A stretch of 64,000 bases of DNA, from assembly GCA_038255915.1 (NCBI GenBank), contig JBBSKY010000006.1:1221-65220 (forward strand), in the 5' to 3' direction. Within the stretch, counting starts at the first letter, position 1; every line of letters starts with the position of its first letter. Made by a program: the position numbers and the translations under genes. Of this stretch, positions 1-12,219 are shown in pieces. Origin of the DNA: Acidimicrobiales bacterium. GTDB taxonomy: Bacteria > Actinomycetota > Acidimicrobiia > Acidimicrobiales > JAUJNH01. The notes beneath the pieces were generated by a model. The model was not told where the DNA came from, made no database searches, and saw only the letters and a list, made by a program, of their open reading frames with translations.

Positions 1-1084
1 TCTCGTTGTCGAAGTGGCCGATGTTCCCGATGATGGCGTTGTGCTTCATCTTCTCCATGTGCTCGGCCAGGAGGATGCCCTTGTTGCCGGTGGCGGTGAC
101 GACGATGTCGACCTTGTCGATCACATCCTCGAGGCGCACCACCTCGTAGCCCTCCATGGCCGCCTGCAGGGCGTTGATCGGGTCGATCTCGGTGACCACC
201 ACCCGGGCGCCCTGGCCCCGCAGGCTCTGGGCGCAGCCCTTGCCCACGTCGCCGAAGCCGCAGACCACCACCATCTTGCCGCCGATCATCACGTCGACGG
301 CCCGGTTGATGCCGTCGATCAGCGAGTGGCGGCAGCCGTAGAGGTTGTCGAACTTGGACTTGGTGACCGAGTCGTTGACGTTGATGGCCGGGAACAGCAG
401 CTGGCCGGCGTCCTTCATCTGGTAGAGGCGCAGCACGCCGGTGGTGGTCTCCTCGGACACGCCCCGGATGCCCTGGCCGAGAGCGGTCCACAGCTTGGGG
501 TCCTCGGCCATGGTCCGCTCGACCAGGGCCAGGAACACCTTCCACTCGTCGCTGTCGTCCTCGGTGGCGGCGGGCACCTCGCCGGCGGCCTCGTACTCGG
601 TGCCCTTGTGCACGAGAAGGGTGGCGTCCCCGCCGTCGTCGAGGATCAGGTTCGGGCCGGCCTGTGTCCCCCGCTCTGAAGGGCCGCTCGGGCCCTGGCC
701 GTCCGGCCAGCGCAGGGCCTTCTCGGTGCAGTCCCAATACTCCTCCAGGGTCTCGCCCTTCCAGGCGAACACGGGCACGCCTCGCGGGGCGTCGGGGGTC
801 CCGTCGGGGCCGACGGCGATGGCGGCGGCGGCGTGGTCCTGGGTCGAGAAGATGTTGCAGCTGCACCAGCGGACCTGGGCGCCGAGGGCGGTGAGGGTCT
901 CGATGAGCACCGCGGTCTGGATGGTCATGTGCAGGCTGCCGGTGATGCGGGCGCCGGCCAGCGGCTGCTCGTCGCCGTACTCGGCCCGCAGCGCCATCAG
1001 GCCGGGCATCTCCACCTCGGCCAGCTGGATCTCCTTGCGGCCGAACGCGGCCAGGGACAGGTCTCTCACCTTGAAGTCGGGCAC
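1..1084 (-). CDS. ahcY: Adenosylhomocysteinase (S-adenosyl-L-homocysteine hydrolase), partial; the C-terminus lies beyond the left edge
   Basis: My reverse-strand translation from GTG at 1084 reads [37 protein letters not shown]...[14 protein letters not shown]...[45 protein letters not shown]. These are typical SAH hydrolase motifs including the NAD Rossmann loop. The ORF runs off the window edge, so it is absent from the ORF track. Confidence 0.9.
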   Translation of the reverse strand, partial: MPDFKVRDLSLAAFGRKEIQLAEVEMPGLMALRAEYGDEQPLAGARITGSLHMTIQTAVLIETLTALGAQVRWCSCNIFSTQDHAAAAIAVGPDGTPDAPRGVPVFAWKGETLEEYWDCTEKALRWPDGQGPSGPSERGTQAGPNLILDDGGDATLLVHKGTEYEAAGEVPAATEDDSDEWKVFLALVERTMAEDPKLWTALGQGIRGVSEETTTGVLRLYQMKDAGQLLFPAINVNDSVTKSKFDNLYGCRHSLIDGINRAVDVMIGGKMVVVCGFGDVGKGCAQSLRGQGARVVVTEIDPINALQAAMEGYEVVRLEDVIDKVDIVVTATGNKGILLAEHMEKMKHNAIIGNIGHFDNE

Positions 1085-1184
1085 TGCTGCTCCTGTGGGT
1101 CGATGGTCTCGATGCGCAGGGGTTGGGACCAGCAGGCCCGACGCGGTGCAACCCCGGCGGACCCAGGCTAGGGCATTGGACCGG

Positions 1185-1487
1185 TCAGTCGGGGGGGCCG
1201 AGCCCCTGGACGAGGGCGTCGGCCTCACCCTCGGTGAAGACCCGCATGGTCTCGCTGGTGAAGCTGCCGCTCTGGCCAGCGATGAGGGCGAAGCGGGCCA
1301 TCGTCTCGTCGTCCGGGGCCTCAAGGATGTTGATGATGTCGTAGCCGCCCATCACCAGGTACTGCTGCTTCCACGTGATCCCCATGGCCTTGGCCGCCTT
1401 CTTCCCGGAGGCCCGCCCGGCCTTGCCGTCCTTCACCCCCTCAAAGCCCGGCGTCGTGAACTTCATCAGCATGATGTAGGTGCCCAC
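1185..1487 (-). CDS. GYD domain-containing small protein
   Basis: 100-aa ORF with ...[29 protein letters not shown]..., the GYD-family signature. Confidence 0.7.
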   Translation of the reverse strand: MGTYIMLMKFTTPGFEGVKDGKAGRASGKKAAKAMGITWKQQYLVMGGYDIINILEAPDDETMARFALIAGQSGSFTSETMRVFTEGEADALVQGLGPPD

Positions 1488-1521
1488 AGCAACTTCCTCT
1501 CGTTGTCGTAACGGGTTTCCT

Positions 1522-4278
<2,757 letters not shown>

Positions 4279-4317
4279 GGCGTCGGCGAGCCTACCGGCG
4301 CCCCCAGGGTGGAAGGG

Positions 4318-5037
4318 CTAGCCGTCGGCGCGGATGTCGAGGAGGCGCTCGCGCACGGCGTAGATCACGGCTTCCATGCGGGAGTGGAGGTGCAGCTTCT
4401 CCAGGATGTTGCGGATGTGGTTCTTGACCGTGTTCTCGCTGATGAACAGCTGGTCGCCGATCTCCCGGTTCGACATGCCCTTGGCCACCAGCTTGAGGAC
4501 CTCGAGCTCGCGTGGCGTCAGCGTGGGCGACGGGAGCTGGGCCGCCCCCTCGGTGCGGGTCGACAGCTTCTGGAACTCGGTGAGCAGCTTGGACGCCATC
4601 GAGGGGGTGATGAGGCTGTGGCCCTGCACCACGGCCTGGATGGCCTCGGCCACCTGCTCGACCGAGATCTCCTTCAGCAGGTAGCCGGTGGCCCCCGCCT
4701 TGATCGCCTCGTAGAGGTCGTCCTCCTCGTCGGAGACGGTGAGCATGATGATCTTGGTGGTGGGGACCTGCTGGCTGATGACCCGGGCCGCCTCGATGCC
4801 GTTGACCCGGGGCATGCGCACGTCCATGAGGATCACGTCGGGCACCAGCTCGACGGCCCGGGCGATGGCCTCCTCGCCGTTCTCGGCCTCGGCCACCACC
4901 TCGATGCGATCGTCGGTGCCGAGCACGACCCACAGGCCCCGCCGGAACAACGGCTGGTCGTCGGCGATGAGCACCCGGACCGGAGGCCTCGGGGCCTCGG
5001 AGGGGTCGGAGGGGTCGGTGGCCTCGCCCTCACTCAT
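4318..5037 (-). CDS. NarL/LuxR-family DNA-binding response regulator; no histidine kinase in the window
   Basis: Receiver domain VRVLIADDQPLFRRG...DVILMDVRMP. C-terminal LuxR HTH LTPRELEVLKLVAKGMSNREIGDQLFISENTVKNHIRNIL. Its start overlaps the comF-like stop (ATGA). Confidence 0.85.
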   Translation of the reverse strand: MSEGEATDPSDPSEAPRPPVRVLIADDQPLFRRGLWVVLGTDDRIEVVAEAENGEEAIARAVELVPDVILMDVRMPRVNGIEAARVISQQVPTTKIIMLTVSDEEDDLYEAIKAGATGYLLKEISVEQVAEAIQAVVQGHSLITPSMASKLLTEFQKLSTRTEGAAQLPSPTLTPRELEVLKLVAKGMSNREIGDQLFISENTVKNHIRNILEKLHLHSRMEAVIYAVRERLLDIRADG

Positions 5038-5657
5038 GGGGGGAGCCTACCGGTCGGGCTGACGGCGGGAGGGGGAGGCGGTGTGGCGGCGGCAGCGAGC
5101 CCGGACACCGTCGAGGCTCCGGCCGCTACCGCAGCCCGCCCCGCCGCGGCCAGGGTGGCGCCGGTGGTGGTGACGTCGTCGACCACGACGACGGCGTGGC
5201 CCGACAGGTCGTAGCGGGCGACGAAGCGGGGCCCGTCGGACAGGCGCTCGGCCCGGCTGCGGCCGGTCTGGGGTGGACCAGGCGCCCGGAGAAGGGTGCC
5301 GTGGCAGCGGATGCCACAGGCCCGACCCACCGCCTCGGCCAGCAGCCGGGCGTGGTCGACCCCCCGAGCGGCGACCCTGGCCGGCGACGTGGGCGCCCAG
5401 GTGAGCAGGCTGGTGCCCGCCGGCACCAGCAGGGCCAGGCCCTCGGCCAGCCACCGCTGGGCGGCCCGGTTGTGGCGCACCTTCAGTCCGGCCACCAGCG
5501 ACGCGGCCGGGCCCTGGTAGGCGAGCAGGGCGGCGATGCCGGCGAGGGGCGGCCGGTCCGGAACCGGCAGGGCCACGGGCATCCCGGCGGCACACGGTGG
5601 GCAGGGCGAGGAGCCCGAGCGCCGGCAGGCGCCGCAGCGGACGGGCAGGAGGAGCAC
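5034..5657 (-). CDS. ComF-family phosphoribosyltransferase-like protein
   Basis: 207 aa. N-terminal Cys cluster (CGACRR...CPPCAAG) and C-terminal PRTase motif VVVVDDVTTTGATL. Confidence 0.75.
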   Translation of the reverse strand: MLLLPVRCGACRRSGSSPCPPCAAGMPVALPVPDRPPLAGIAALLAYQGPAASLVAGLKVRHNRAAQRWLAEGLALLVPAGTSLLTWAPTSPARVAARGVDHARLLAEAVGRACGIRCHGTLLRAPGPPQTGRSRAERLSDGPRFVARYDLSGHAVVVVDDVTTTGATLAAAGRAAVAAGASTVSGLAAAATPPPPPAVSPTGRLPP

Positions 5658-5701
5658 CGGACCACTCTGCCGACCGGCGTGACAGCCGGTCTGAGGGGGG
5701 C

Positions 5702-6727
5702 TCAGCCCTGGAGGGCTGAGACCAGGGCGTCGATGGCCGGGGAGGGCCCGGGGTCGAGGCCTTCCTGGTCGGCCAGGTGGAGCGAGCAGATGTCACCCTG
5801 GAAGATCAGGTCGAGGAGCTGGGCCACGTCGCCCTCACCCTCGGCACGGATCTCGAGGGTCCCGGCGACGGCCTCGGCGACCTGGTCGGCCACCAGCTCG
5901 AACCGGCGGCTCACCTGGGGGTGCTCCTCGTCGTGGCGGAAGTTCACCAGGGTGAGCAGCTGGCGGGTGACGTCGCCGTGCTGGCCCCAGCCGAGCAGCT
6001 CGTCGTAGTCCAGGTCGGGGTGGGAGGCGAAGAAGGCCGGGGCCTTGGCGTTGGCGTTCACCTGGCTCTTGAACCGGTGGGCGGCCACGTCACCGATGTT
6101 GCCGCCGCCGTGAGCCACCGGGAAGGTGCGGCCGATGCGGCGGGCGAGGACCTCCATGTCGTTCCCCGGGCGAGCCAGCTTGTCCCGTCGCCGGAGGAGC
6201 TGCTCGACGGCGCTGTACACCCACGCCCGGGCACCGGGAAAGAGGCCGACGTCCTCGAGCAGGCACAGGGCGGGGACCAGCAGGTCGCCGATGGCGGCCC
6301 GGGCCGGGGGCAGGTCGGGCGGCAGGGAGACCAGCGGCGAGCCCCACTCGCGACACAGGGCGGCCAGGCGCCCCGGGCCGCTGATGCCGACGACGGTGGC
6401 CCCGGCGATGGCGGCCTCCTGAGCGGCCTCGACCACCTCCTCGGTGTCCCCGTCGGCCGACAGGGCGAACACCAGCGTGGCCCGGCTCACGAACGGCGGC
6501 ACGATGTAGGAGCGCACCACCACCACCGGCAGCGGCAGCAGAGGGCCGGCGGCCGCCACGATGGCGTCGCCGGCCAGCCCGGCCGGACCGGCACCGAGCA
6601 CCACGACGTGCTCGATGCTCTCAGCCGACGGGAGGTCGAGGCTGTCGGGGGGGATGATGGCCTCGGCCACCTGCTCGGGCAGGCCGAGGGTGGCGTCCCA
6701 CATCCCCAGGGTGTCGAGGCGGGTCAT
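5702..6727 (-). CDS. SIS-domain phosphoglucose/phosphomannose isomerase-like protein
   Basis: 341 aa with two SIS-like halves (VVVLGAGPAG..., ALSADGDTEEV..., GGGNIGDVAAHRFKSQVNANAK). Sits next to manB, as does the conserved actinobacterial SIS gene. Confidence 0.65.
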   Translation of the reverse strand: MTRLDTLGMWDATLGLPEQVAEAIIPPDSLDLPSAESIEHVVVLGAGPAGLAGDAIVAAAGPLLPLPVVVVRSYIVPPFVSRATLVFALSADGDTEEVVEAAQEAAIAGATVVGISGPGRLAALCREWGSPLVSLPPDLPPARAAIGDLLVPALCLLEDVGLFPGARAWVYSAVEQLLRRRDKLARPGNDMEVLARRIGRTFPVAHGGGNIGDVAAHRFKSQVNANAKAPAFFASHPDLDYDELLGWGQHGDVTRQLLTLVNFRHDEEHPQVSRRFELVADQVAEAVAGTLEIRAEGEGDVAQLLDLIFQGDICSLHLADQEGLDPGPSPAIDALVSALQG

Positions 6728-6731
6728 CCGC

Positions 6732-6968
6732 TCAAGCCTCGAACGTGGGAGCGATGCCGTCGGCCTCGGCCTTGGCCAGCAGGCGCTCGTGCTCGGCGTC
6801 GTCGACCTGCTCGGCCTCGTCCAGCAGCATCACCGGGATCCCGTTGCGCACCTGGTAGCGGCGGTGCAGCCGGGGGTTGTACAGGCTGTCCTCATCCTCG
6901 AAGTAGAGGAGGGGCCCCTTGTCCTCGGGACAGGCCAGGATGTCGAGGAGCAGCGGGTCGAGGGCCAC
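6732..6968 (-). CDS. Trm112-family small protein
   Basis: GTG at 6968 with GGAGG upstream. LLDILACPEDKGPLLYFEDE...YQVRNGIPVMLLDEA matches the Trm112/UPF0434 pattern. The longer 181-aa track ORF overlaps manB and has an R/G-rich, non-coding-like N-terminus. Confidence 0.6.
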   Translation of the reverse strand: MALDPLLLDILACPEDKGPLLYFEDEDSLYNPRLHRRYQVRNGIPVMLLDEAEQVDDAEHERLLAKAEADGIAPTFEA

Positions 6969-6970
6969 GG

Positions 6971-8323
6971 TCAGGCCTCCTTCACCAGGTTGAGCACGTA
7001 CTCGGTCTTCTCCTTGCACATCGCCTCGTCGGCCGCCTCGAGGTTGCAGCGCAGCAGCGGCTCGGTGTTCGAGGGCCGCAAGTTCACCCACCAGTCGCCG
7101 CAGTCGACGGTGAGCCCGTCGAGGTCGTCGACCTTGGCACCGGGCAGGCCGGCCAGCACCGGCTCGATGGCGGCCATGGTCGCCTTGGGGTCGTCGACCT
7201 CGGTGTTGATCTCGCCGCTGGCCGCGTAGCGCTCGAAGGGCGTGCGCAGCTGCGACAGCGGCACGTCGCCCTCGCACAGCACGCCGAGAACGACCATGGT
7301 GGCGACGATCCCCGAGTCGGCCCGGAAGTTGTCAGCGAAGTAGTAGTGGCCCGAGTGCTCTCCGCCGAAGATGGCGCCGCTGTCGGCCATCGTCTGCTTG
7401 ATGAAGCTGTGGCCCACCCGGCTGCGCAGCGGGGTGCCACCGTGCTCGAGCACGACCTCCGGCACCGACTTGGAGCAGATCAGGTTGTAGATGACGGTGC
7501 CGGCGCCGCCGTTGCGGTCGAGCAGGGCCGCCGCCACCAGGGCGGTGGTGGTGGAGCCACTGACACCCACGCCCTTGTCGTCGACCAGGAACACCCGGTC
7601 GGCGTCGCCGTCGAAGGCCAGGCCGAGGTCGGCCCCGGTCTCGAGCACCCGGGCCTGGAGGTCGACGATGTTCGCCGGGTTGATCGGGTCGGCCGGGTGG
7701 TTGGGGAAGGTGCCGTCGAGCTCGGGGTAGAGGTACTCGACCTCGAAGGACAGGCCGCCGAAGACCATCGGGGCGATCAATCCGCCCATCCCGTTGGCGC
7801 AGTCGGCCACGATCTTCAGCGGCCGGATGGGCCCGGAGCCGAAGAAGCCCCGGACGTGGTCGCCGAAGGCCGGCAGCAGGTCCTGCTCGGTGCGGGTGCC
7901 CCGCCGACCGGTCGAGGCGGGCCCGCCGGCCGCCGCCGACTCCTTGATCTCGGCCAGCCCGGTGTCCTGGCCCACGGGGCGGGCCCCGGACAGGCACAGC
8001 TTGATCCCGTTGTACTGGGCCGGGTTGTGGCTGGCGGTGAACATGGCGCCTGGGCAGTCGAGGGTGCCGGCGGCGAAGTACAGGTAGTCGGTGGAGGCCA
8101 GGCCGAGGTCGACCACGTCGACCCCCTGGTCGAGCACGCCCTCGGCGAAGGCGGCCCCGAGCTCGACGCCCGACGGGCGCATGTCCCGGCCCACCACGAT
8201 GCGGGGCGCCTTGGTAAAGGCGGCGAAGGCGGCGCCGATGGCCCGGGTCGCCTCCACGTCCAGCTGCTCCGGCACCGTCCCCCGGATGTCGTAGGCCTTG
8301 AAGATCTGATCGAGGGGCAGCAT
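6971..8323 (-). CDS. manB: Phosphomannomutase/phosphoglucomutase
   Basis: 450 aa. KAYDIRGTVPEQL, active-site loop TASHNPAQYNGIK, metal loop AFDGDADRVFLVD. Confidence 0.9.
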   Translation of the reverse strand: MLPLDQIFKAYDIRGTVPEQLDVEATRAIGAAFAAFTKAPRIVVGRDMRPSGVELGAAFAEGVLDQGVDVVDLGLASTDYLYFAAGTLDCPGAMFTASHNPAQYNGIKLCLSGARPVGQDTGLAEIKESAAAGGPASTGRRGTRTEQDLLPAFGDHVRGFFGSGPIRPLKIVADCANGMGGLIAPMVFGGLSFEVEYLYPELDGTFPNHPADPINPANIVDLQARVLETGADLGLAFDGDADRVFLVDDKGVGVSGSTTTALVAAALLDRNGGAGTVIYNLICSKSVPEVVLEHGGTPLRSRVGHSFIKQTMADSGAIFGGEHSGHYYFADNFRADSGIVATMVVLGVLCEGDVPLSQLRTPFERYAASGEINTEVDDPKATMAAIEPVLAGLPGAKVDDLDGLTVDCGDWWVNLRPSNTEPLLRCNLEAADEAMCKEKTEYVLNLVKEA

Positions 8324-8416
8324 CGCCGCCGACCCTAGTCAGCCCCATCGGTCGGAAACCCTCCTGACGGGCAGCGATGTACCGCGCCGACGCGAATTGG
8401 GTCAGGATGGCTCCTC

Positions 8417-9133
8417 GTGGCCGGGATCGAGCTGTCCGTCGTCATGCCGGCCCACAACGAGGAGGACCTCCTCGACAAGGCGGTGCACGCCGTGGTCGAC
8501 GGCCTCCGTGACCGCCACGCCCCCTTCGAGGTGATCGTCGTCGAGAACGGGAGCAGCGACCGCACCGCCGCCATCGCGGAGGGCCTGGCCGACGAGGTCG
8601 TCGAGGTCCGGGCCTTCTCCGCGCCCGCACCCGACTACGGCCGGGCCCTGCGGGCCGGGTTCCTGGCCGCCACCGGCGACGTCGTGGTCAACTTCGACGT
8701 CGACTACACCGACCTCGACTTCCTCGACGCCGCCGTCCACGAGGTCAGGGCTCCCGGTGGCCCGGTCATCGTCGTCGGTTCCAAGCGGGGCGCCGGCGCC
8801 CACGACGAGCGGGCGCTCCCCCGGCGCCTGGTGACCGCGGTGTTCTCCCTCATCCTGCGCCACGGCTTTGGCCTCGGGGTGAGCGACACCCACGGCATGA
8901 AGGTGATGCGCCGCGAGCCCCTGCTGCCGGTGGTCGCCGCCTGCCGCTTCGGCACCGACCTGTTCGACACCGAGCTGGTGCTGCGGGCGGAGCGGGCCGG
9001 CCTGCCCACCGCCGAGCTGCCCGTCACCGTCGAGGAGCTGCGCCCCTCACGGACCCCGATCGCCCGCCGCATCCCTCGGACGCTCGGGGGCCTGGTGCGC
9101 CTCCGGGTGGCCCTGTGGCGGGAACGGGCCTGA
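8417..9133 (+). CDS. Family 2 glycosyltransferase (short, polyprenyl-phosphate sugar synthase-like)
   Basis: 238 aa. LSVVMPAHNEE, VVENGSSDRT and NFDVDYTD, typical of the GT-A fold / GT2. Its 3' end overlaps the convergent membrane-protein ORF by 87 nt. Confidence 0.8.
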   Translation: MAGIELSVVMPAHNEEDLLDKAVHAVVDGLRDRHAPFEVIVVENGSSDRTAAIAEGLADEVVEVRAFSAPAPDYGRALRAGFLAATGDVVVNFDVDYTDLDFLDAAVHEVRAPGGPVIVVGSKRGAGAHDERALPRRLVTAVFSLILRHGFGLGVSDTHGMKVMRREPLLPVVAACRFGTDLFDTELVLRAERAGLPTAELPVTVEELRPSRTPIARRIPRTLGGLVRLRVALWRERA

Positions 9134-12100
9134 CCCCACGGTCACCAGCTCCCGTTCGACCTCCTCCTCGTCGAAGAGCGGCTCGGGCGGGGCGACCGCC
9201 TCTCCGTTCTCCTCGCCCGGTCGGGGCCGACGGGACCCTGGGCGCCACGACAGGGGCCCGGTGTCGACCCGCCGCCGGTTGAGCACCACGGCGCCGACCA
9301 GGCCGATCAGGGTGAAGGTCCACCCGAGGCCCTCAGCCCAGGTGTAGCCGTAGGTCAGCTCGACGTGGGTGCTGGTCGGCACGACCACCATGAAGTTCGG
9401 GGTGACCCGGTAGGGCCCGTCGGCTCCCTTGGCCTTCCAGTTCGGGAAGTACGACACCTTGACGAGCACGGGCACGCCCACCTGGTCGACGTCGAACTCG
9501 ATCGTGCTGTTCCCCGTGCGGATGGCGCTGACCGTCGTCGACGACTCGACGGGCTCCCGGGGCAGGTCGACCGAGCCCCCCAGCCGCCGGAAGCGGTCGT
9601 TGGGATCGCCGGCCTCCGGATCGCCGGCCGGCGCCGGCACCCGGGCCCAGCTCGACGGCCCGTCCTCGGCGAGGAAGACGTCGCTGCGCTCCGGCTCGGC
9701 GAACCAGCCCTTCATGGCCAGCGCCTTCCAGGTCCCCTCGGAGCGGGGGACGCCGGTGGCCACCACCGGCATGGTGCGCAGCGGCTCGACCAGCTCCGAG
9801 CCCTGCACCTCATAGACCTTCCAGCTGCGGTCCTGGACGCCCTCGTCGTAGCGCACCTGGTGGACCTGGCTCTCGGCCACCAGGACCAGCCGCTCGTCGG
9901 CGTCGGCCTGGGCCTGGGCCTCCGAGGAGATGGCCATGTAGTAGCGGTCCCCCATCAGCTGCATGCGGGGGATCCCGACGTCCTTCAGGTTCAGGGCGGT
10001 GTAGGGCAGGTCGCGCTGGGGGTTCGAAGGCGACTTCGACACCGAGCCGGCCTTGAGGAAGTGGGCGGCGGTGGTGGGCGACGACTCGAAGTACAGACCC
10101 TCAGAGGAGCCGATGCAGCTGTCGGTCCAGTAGGGCAGGAGCATGAGGGCCATCGGCGTGCCCATGGCGTCGAGCTCGGGCTCGTACTCCCACATGGCCC
10201 GGCCGCAGCCCCGCTCCTGGCCCACCCGCTTCATCGTGTTGACCACGTCGAAGTACTCGACCTTGCGGGCCTTCTCGCCCGTGCGGGCCGGGCCGTCGCC
10301 AGTGCCCTCGTAGCCCACGTAGTTCCACTTGGCCCAGTCGTCGATGTAGGTGGACGAGGCGTTGAGGTCGAGGCCCAGCCTGGGCTGGTCGAGCCAGGAG
10401 TGGCCGAAGGGCAAGGCCACCCAGCCCAGCACTACGAAGGCGGCCACGGCCGGGATCAGGATCTGGGGGACGGCCCGGTAGCCCGCGGCCCGCTCGGTCA
10501 TCTCGGCGGCCCGCACCTCGAGCGAGTCGGCCGCCTGGTGCAGGCCGGGCGCGCCGGCTAGCCCGGCCGCCGAGCTGAGCCCGGCCAGCGCCCGGGCCTG
10601 CTCGGCGGTGTCCCGGGCCTGGGCCACCACCTCCGGGTCGATGGAGCGGTCCAGTCGGCGCCACAGGGCCTTCGAGCGGTCCTCCAGCTCGACGGCAACC
10701 CGGTCGAGGCGGGCGGCGCCAGCCAGGCCGAGGCCCCAGCCGAGGCCGGCCAGGAGCCGGGCCTGGCGGGCCTGGTCGTCGGCCTCGACGACGGTGGCCA
10801 GCTCGGGGCTGCGGAGGTGGCGGCGCCACAGGTCGATGATGACCAGGGCGATCTCGGCGACCAGGCAGGCGGCCAGGAGGTACAGGCACAGGTACCAGAA
10901 CGGCAGCATCCGGGCGTTCCACAGCTTGCCGGTGGCGTTGGGGTCGGCGGCCGTCGGGCCGGGCATGAACCGGAATGCCAGGGCGGCCATCATCGCGGTG
11001 ATGGCGAGGACGGTGCCGAGGCGGCGGCCCCGCAGGAACGAGACCAGGGCGCCGGCGACCGCGGCGTAGAAGAGGAGGCGCAGAGCCAGCGGGTCGAGCC
11101 CGCTCTGGCCGACGGCGCTGAGATCGGTGGCGGTCCCGGTCTCGTCAAAGGCGCGGACGATCGGGGTGCTGGCTCCCAGGAGGCCCAGCGCCACCGCCGC
11201 GACCAGCCCGGCGCAGGCGGCCACGTACCAGCGTGAGCGGACGGTGGCGCTGGCGTAGATGGCGAGGCCGACGGCGACCGGCAGCGACAGCCACAGCAGC
11301 GCCTCCTCAATCCCGCCGAGCGACCGCCCGAACAGGGGCAGCGAGTAGCGCTCGATCTTCTCCCAGCCCATGTCGTTGGTGAGCGGGAGCCGGGCGGCGA
11401 ACGGCACCAGCCAGAAGCCGGTGACGGCCATGCCGAGCACGCCGACGGTGGCGGCGACGGCGAAGCGCTTGACCCGGGGGACGATGAGGACCATCACCAC
11501 GGCGGCGACGATGGCGAAGATGGCGGGCAGGATGTGGCTGAGCACGGTGCAGCCGAGCAGCACGATGGCCCAGCCCCGGTGCTTGCCGGTGTCGAGGCTG
11601 CGGGCCAGGACCCCGAGGAACAGCAGGGCGAACGACAGGCTGATCGAGAAGGAGAACTCGCCCGCCAGGGTGCTGCCGACGTTTCCGCCGTAGATCGTCC
11701 AGCCCCGGTCGAACAGGAAGGGCACGGTGGCCACGGCCAGGCAGGCGGCGTAGGGCCGCCGCATGCCGCTGAGCAACCCGAAGGCGGCGGCGGCGGCGGG
11801 CAGGGTGACCAGCCCGAGCACCGTGATGAGCTTGAAGGCGATCCCGTAGGGCACCACGAAGCTGAGCAGGGCGATCATCAGGCTGGGCAACGGGAAGTAG
11901 AAGGTGAGCGCCGGGAAGCCGGCGTACCAGTCCATAGACCAGCCGGTGATCCGGCCCGACGGCAGCAGGGTGTCGCGCAGGTAGGCCGGCCCCCACACGT
12001 GCGCCCCCATGTCGCCGCCCGACGGGGTGGTGTTGGTCAGCAGCAGGTGGGGCTGCAGGTGGAGCCACACGAAGGTGCAGCAGCAGGCCACGACCAGGAC

Positions 12101-12151
12101 GTTGGCCAGGGTGACCAGCTGCCTGGTGGTCGGCGGCGCCAGCGTGGGCAT
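9047..12151 (-). CDS. Large polytopic membrane protein with a big extracytoplasmic C-terminal domain (GT-C-like, family uncertain)
   Basis: Chosen start is ATG 12151 (MPTLAPPTTRQLVTLANVLVV...). The 206 codons upstream in the track ORF are R/P-rich and overlap the CPBP gene. About a dozen hydrophobic segments, a GGDMGAHVWGPAYLRD first loop, a C-terminal soluble domain of about 400 aa and a terminal TM anchor. Confidence 0.6.
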   Translation of the reverse strand: MPTLAPPTTRQLVTLANVLVVACCCTFVWLHLQPHLLLTNTTPSGGDMGAHVWGPAYLRDTLLPSGRITGWSMDWYAGFPALTFYFPLPSLMIALLSFVVPYGIAFKLITVLGLVTLPAAAAAFGLLSGMRRPYAACLAVATVPFLFDRGWTIYGGNVGSTLAGEFSFSISLSFALLFLGVLARSLDTGKHRGWAIVLLGCTVLSHILPAIFAIVAAVVMVLIVPRVKRFAVAATVGVLGMAVTGFWLVPFAARLPLTNDMGWEKIERYSLPLFGRSLGGIEEALLWLSLPVAVGLAIYASATVRSRWYVAACAGLVAAVALGLLGASTPIVRAFDETGTATDLSAVGQSGLDPLALRLLFYAAVAGALVSFLRGRRLGTVLAITAMMAALAFRFMPGPTAADPNATGKLWNARMLPFWYLCLYLLAACLVAEIALVIIDLWRRHLRSPELATVVEADDQARQARLLAGLGWGLGLAGAARLDRVAVELEDRSKALWRRLDRSIDPEVVAQARDTAEQARALAGLSSAAGLAGAPGLHQAADSLEVRAAEMTERAAGYRAVPQILIPAVAAFVVLGWVALPFGHSWLDQPRLGLDLNASSTYIDDWAKWNYVGYEGTGDGPARTGEKARKVEYFDVVNTMKRVGQERGCGRAMWEYEPELDAMGTPMALMLLPYWTDSCIGSSEGLYFESSPTTAAHFLKAGSVSKSPSNPQRDLPYTALNLKDVGIPRMQLMGDRYYMAISSEAQAQADADERLVLVAESQVHQVRYDEGVQDRSWKVYEVQGSELVEPLRTMPVVATGVPRSEGTWKALAMKGWFAEPERSDVFLAEDGPSSWARVPAPAGDPEAGDPNDRFRRLGGSVDLPREPVESSTTVSAIRTGNSTIEFDVDQVGVPVLVKVSYFPNWKAKGADGPYRVTPNFMVVVPTSTHVELTYGYTWAEGLGWTFTLIGLVGAVVLNRRRVDTGPLSWRPGSRRPRPGEENGEAVAPPEPLFDEEEVERELVTVGSGPFPPQGHPEAHQAPERPRDAAGDRGP

Positions 12152-12219
12152 CCTGCGGGTCACCGGCCCATCCTGGCGCACCACCCGGGTCGACGCGGTG
12201 TCAGGGGTGGCTGCACCCG

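Noticed and set aside
640-720. Insertion of about 12 aa ([12 protein letters not shown]) in AhcY between WPDGQ and [13 protein letters not shown], considered as a possible frameshift or pseudogene signal.
   Set aside because: My translation stays in frame through the segment and the conserved motifs continue on both sides. It is most likely a lineage-specific surface loop.
1085-1184. Possible SAH riboswitch in the ahcY leader. This is the usual location of that element, and the minus-strand leader can form GGGGUUG...CAACCCC around a GGGCC-UGCU-GGUCC hairpin.
   Set aside because: I could not find the conserved SAH-riboswitch core as I remember it: CCGAGGRGCGYUGC...AGGCUCGG...GGCGCYAC, with the pseudoknot pairing. 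The structure is generic GC-rich pairing. An Infernal search with the SAH riboswitch model would settle it.
6969-7277. Longer 181-aa version of the Trm112-like ORF.
   Set aside because: It would overlap the 3' end of manB by about 300 nt with an R/G-rich sequence. A GTG at 6968 with a GGAGG just upstream gives the expected protein of about 78 aa.
5777-8338. 853-aa plus-strand ORF, with similar long ORFs at 17284-19713, 27395-29176, 29836-32952, 50997-53459 and 56275-58131.
   Set aside because: All are antisense to, or out of frame with, genes that have clear family motifs. Their compositions are dominated by G/R/P/H/D/E/A runs. No catalytic or structural motifs are recognisable.
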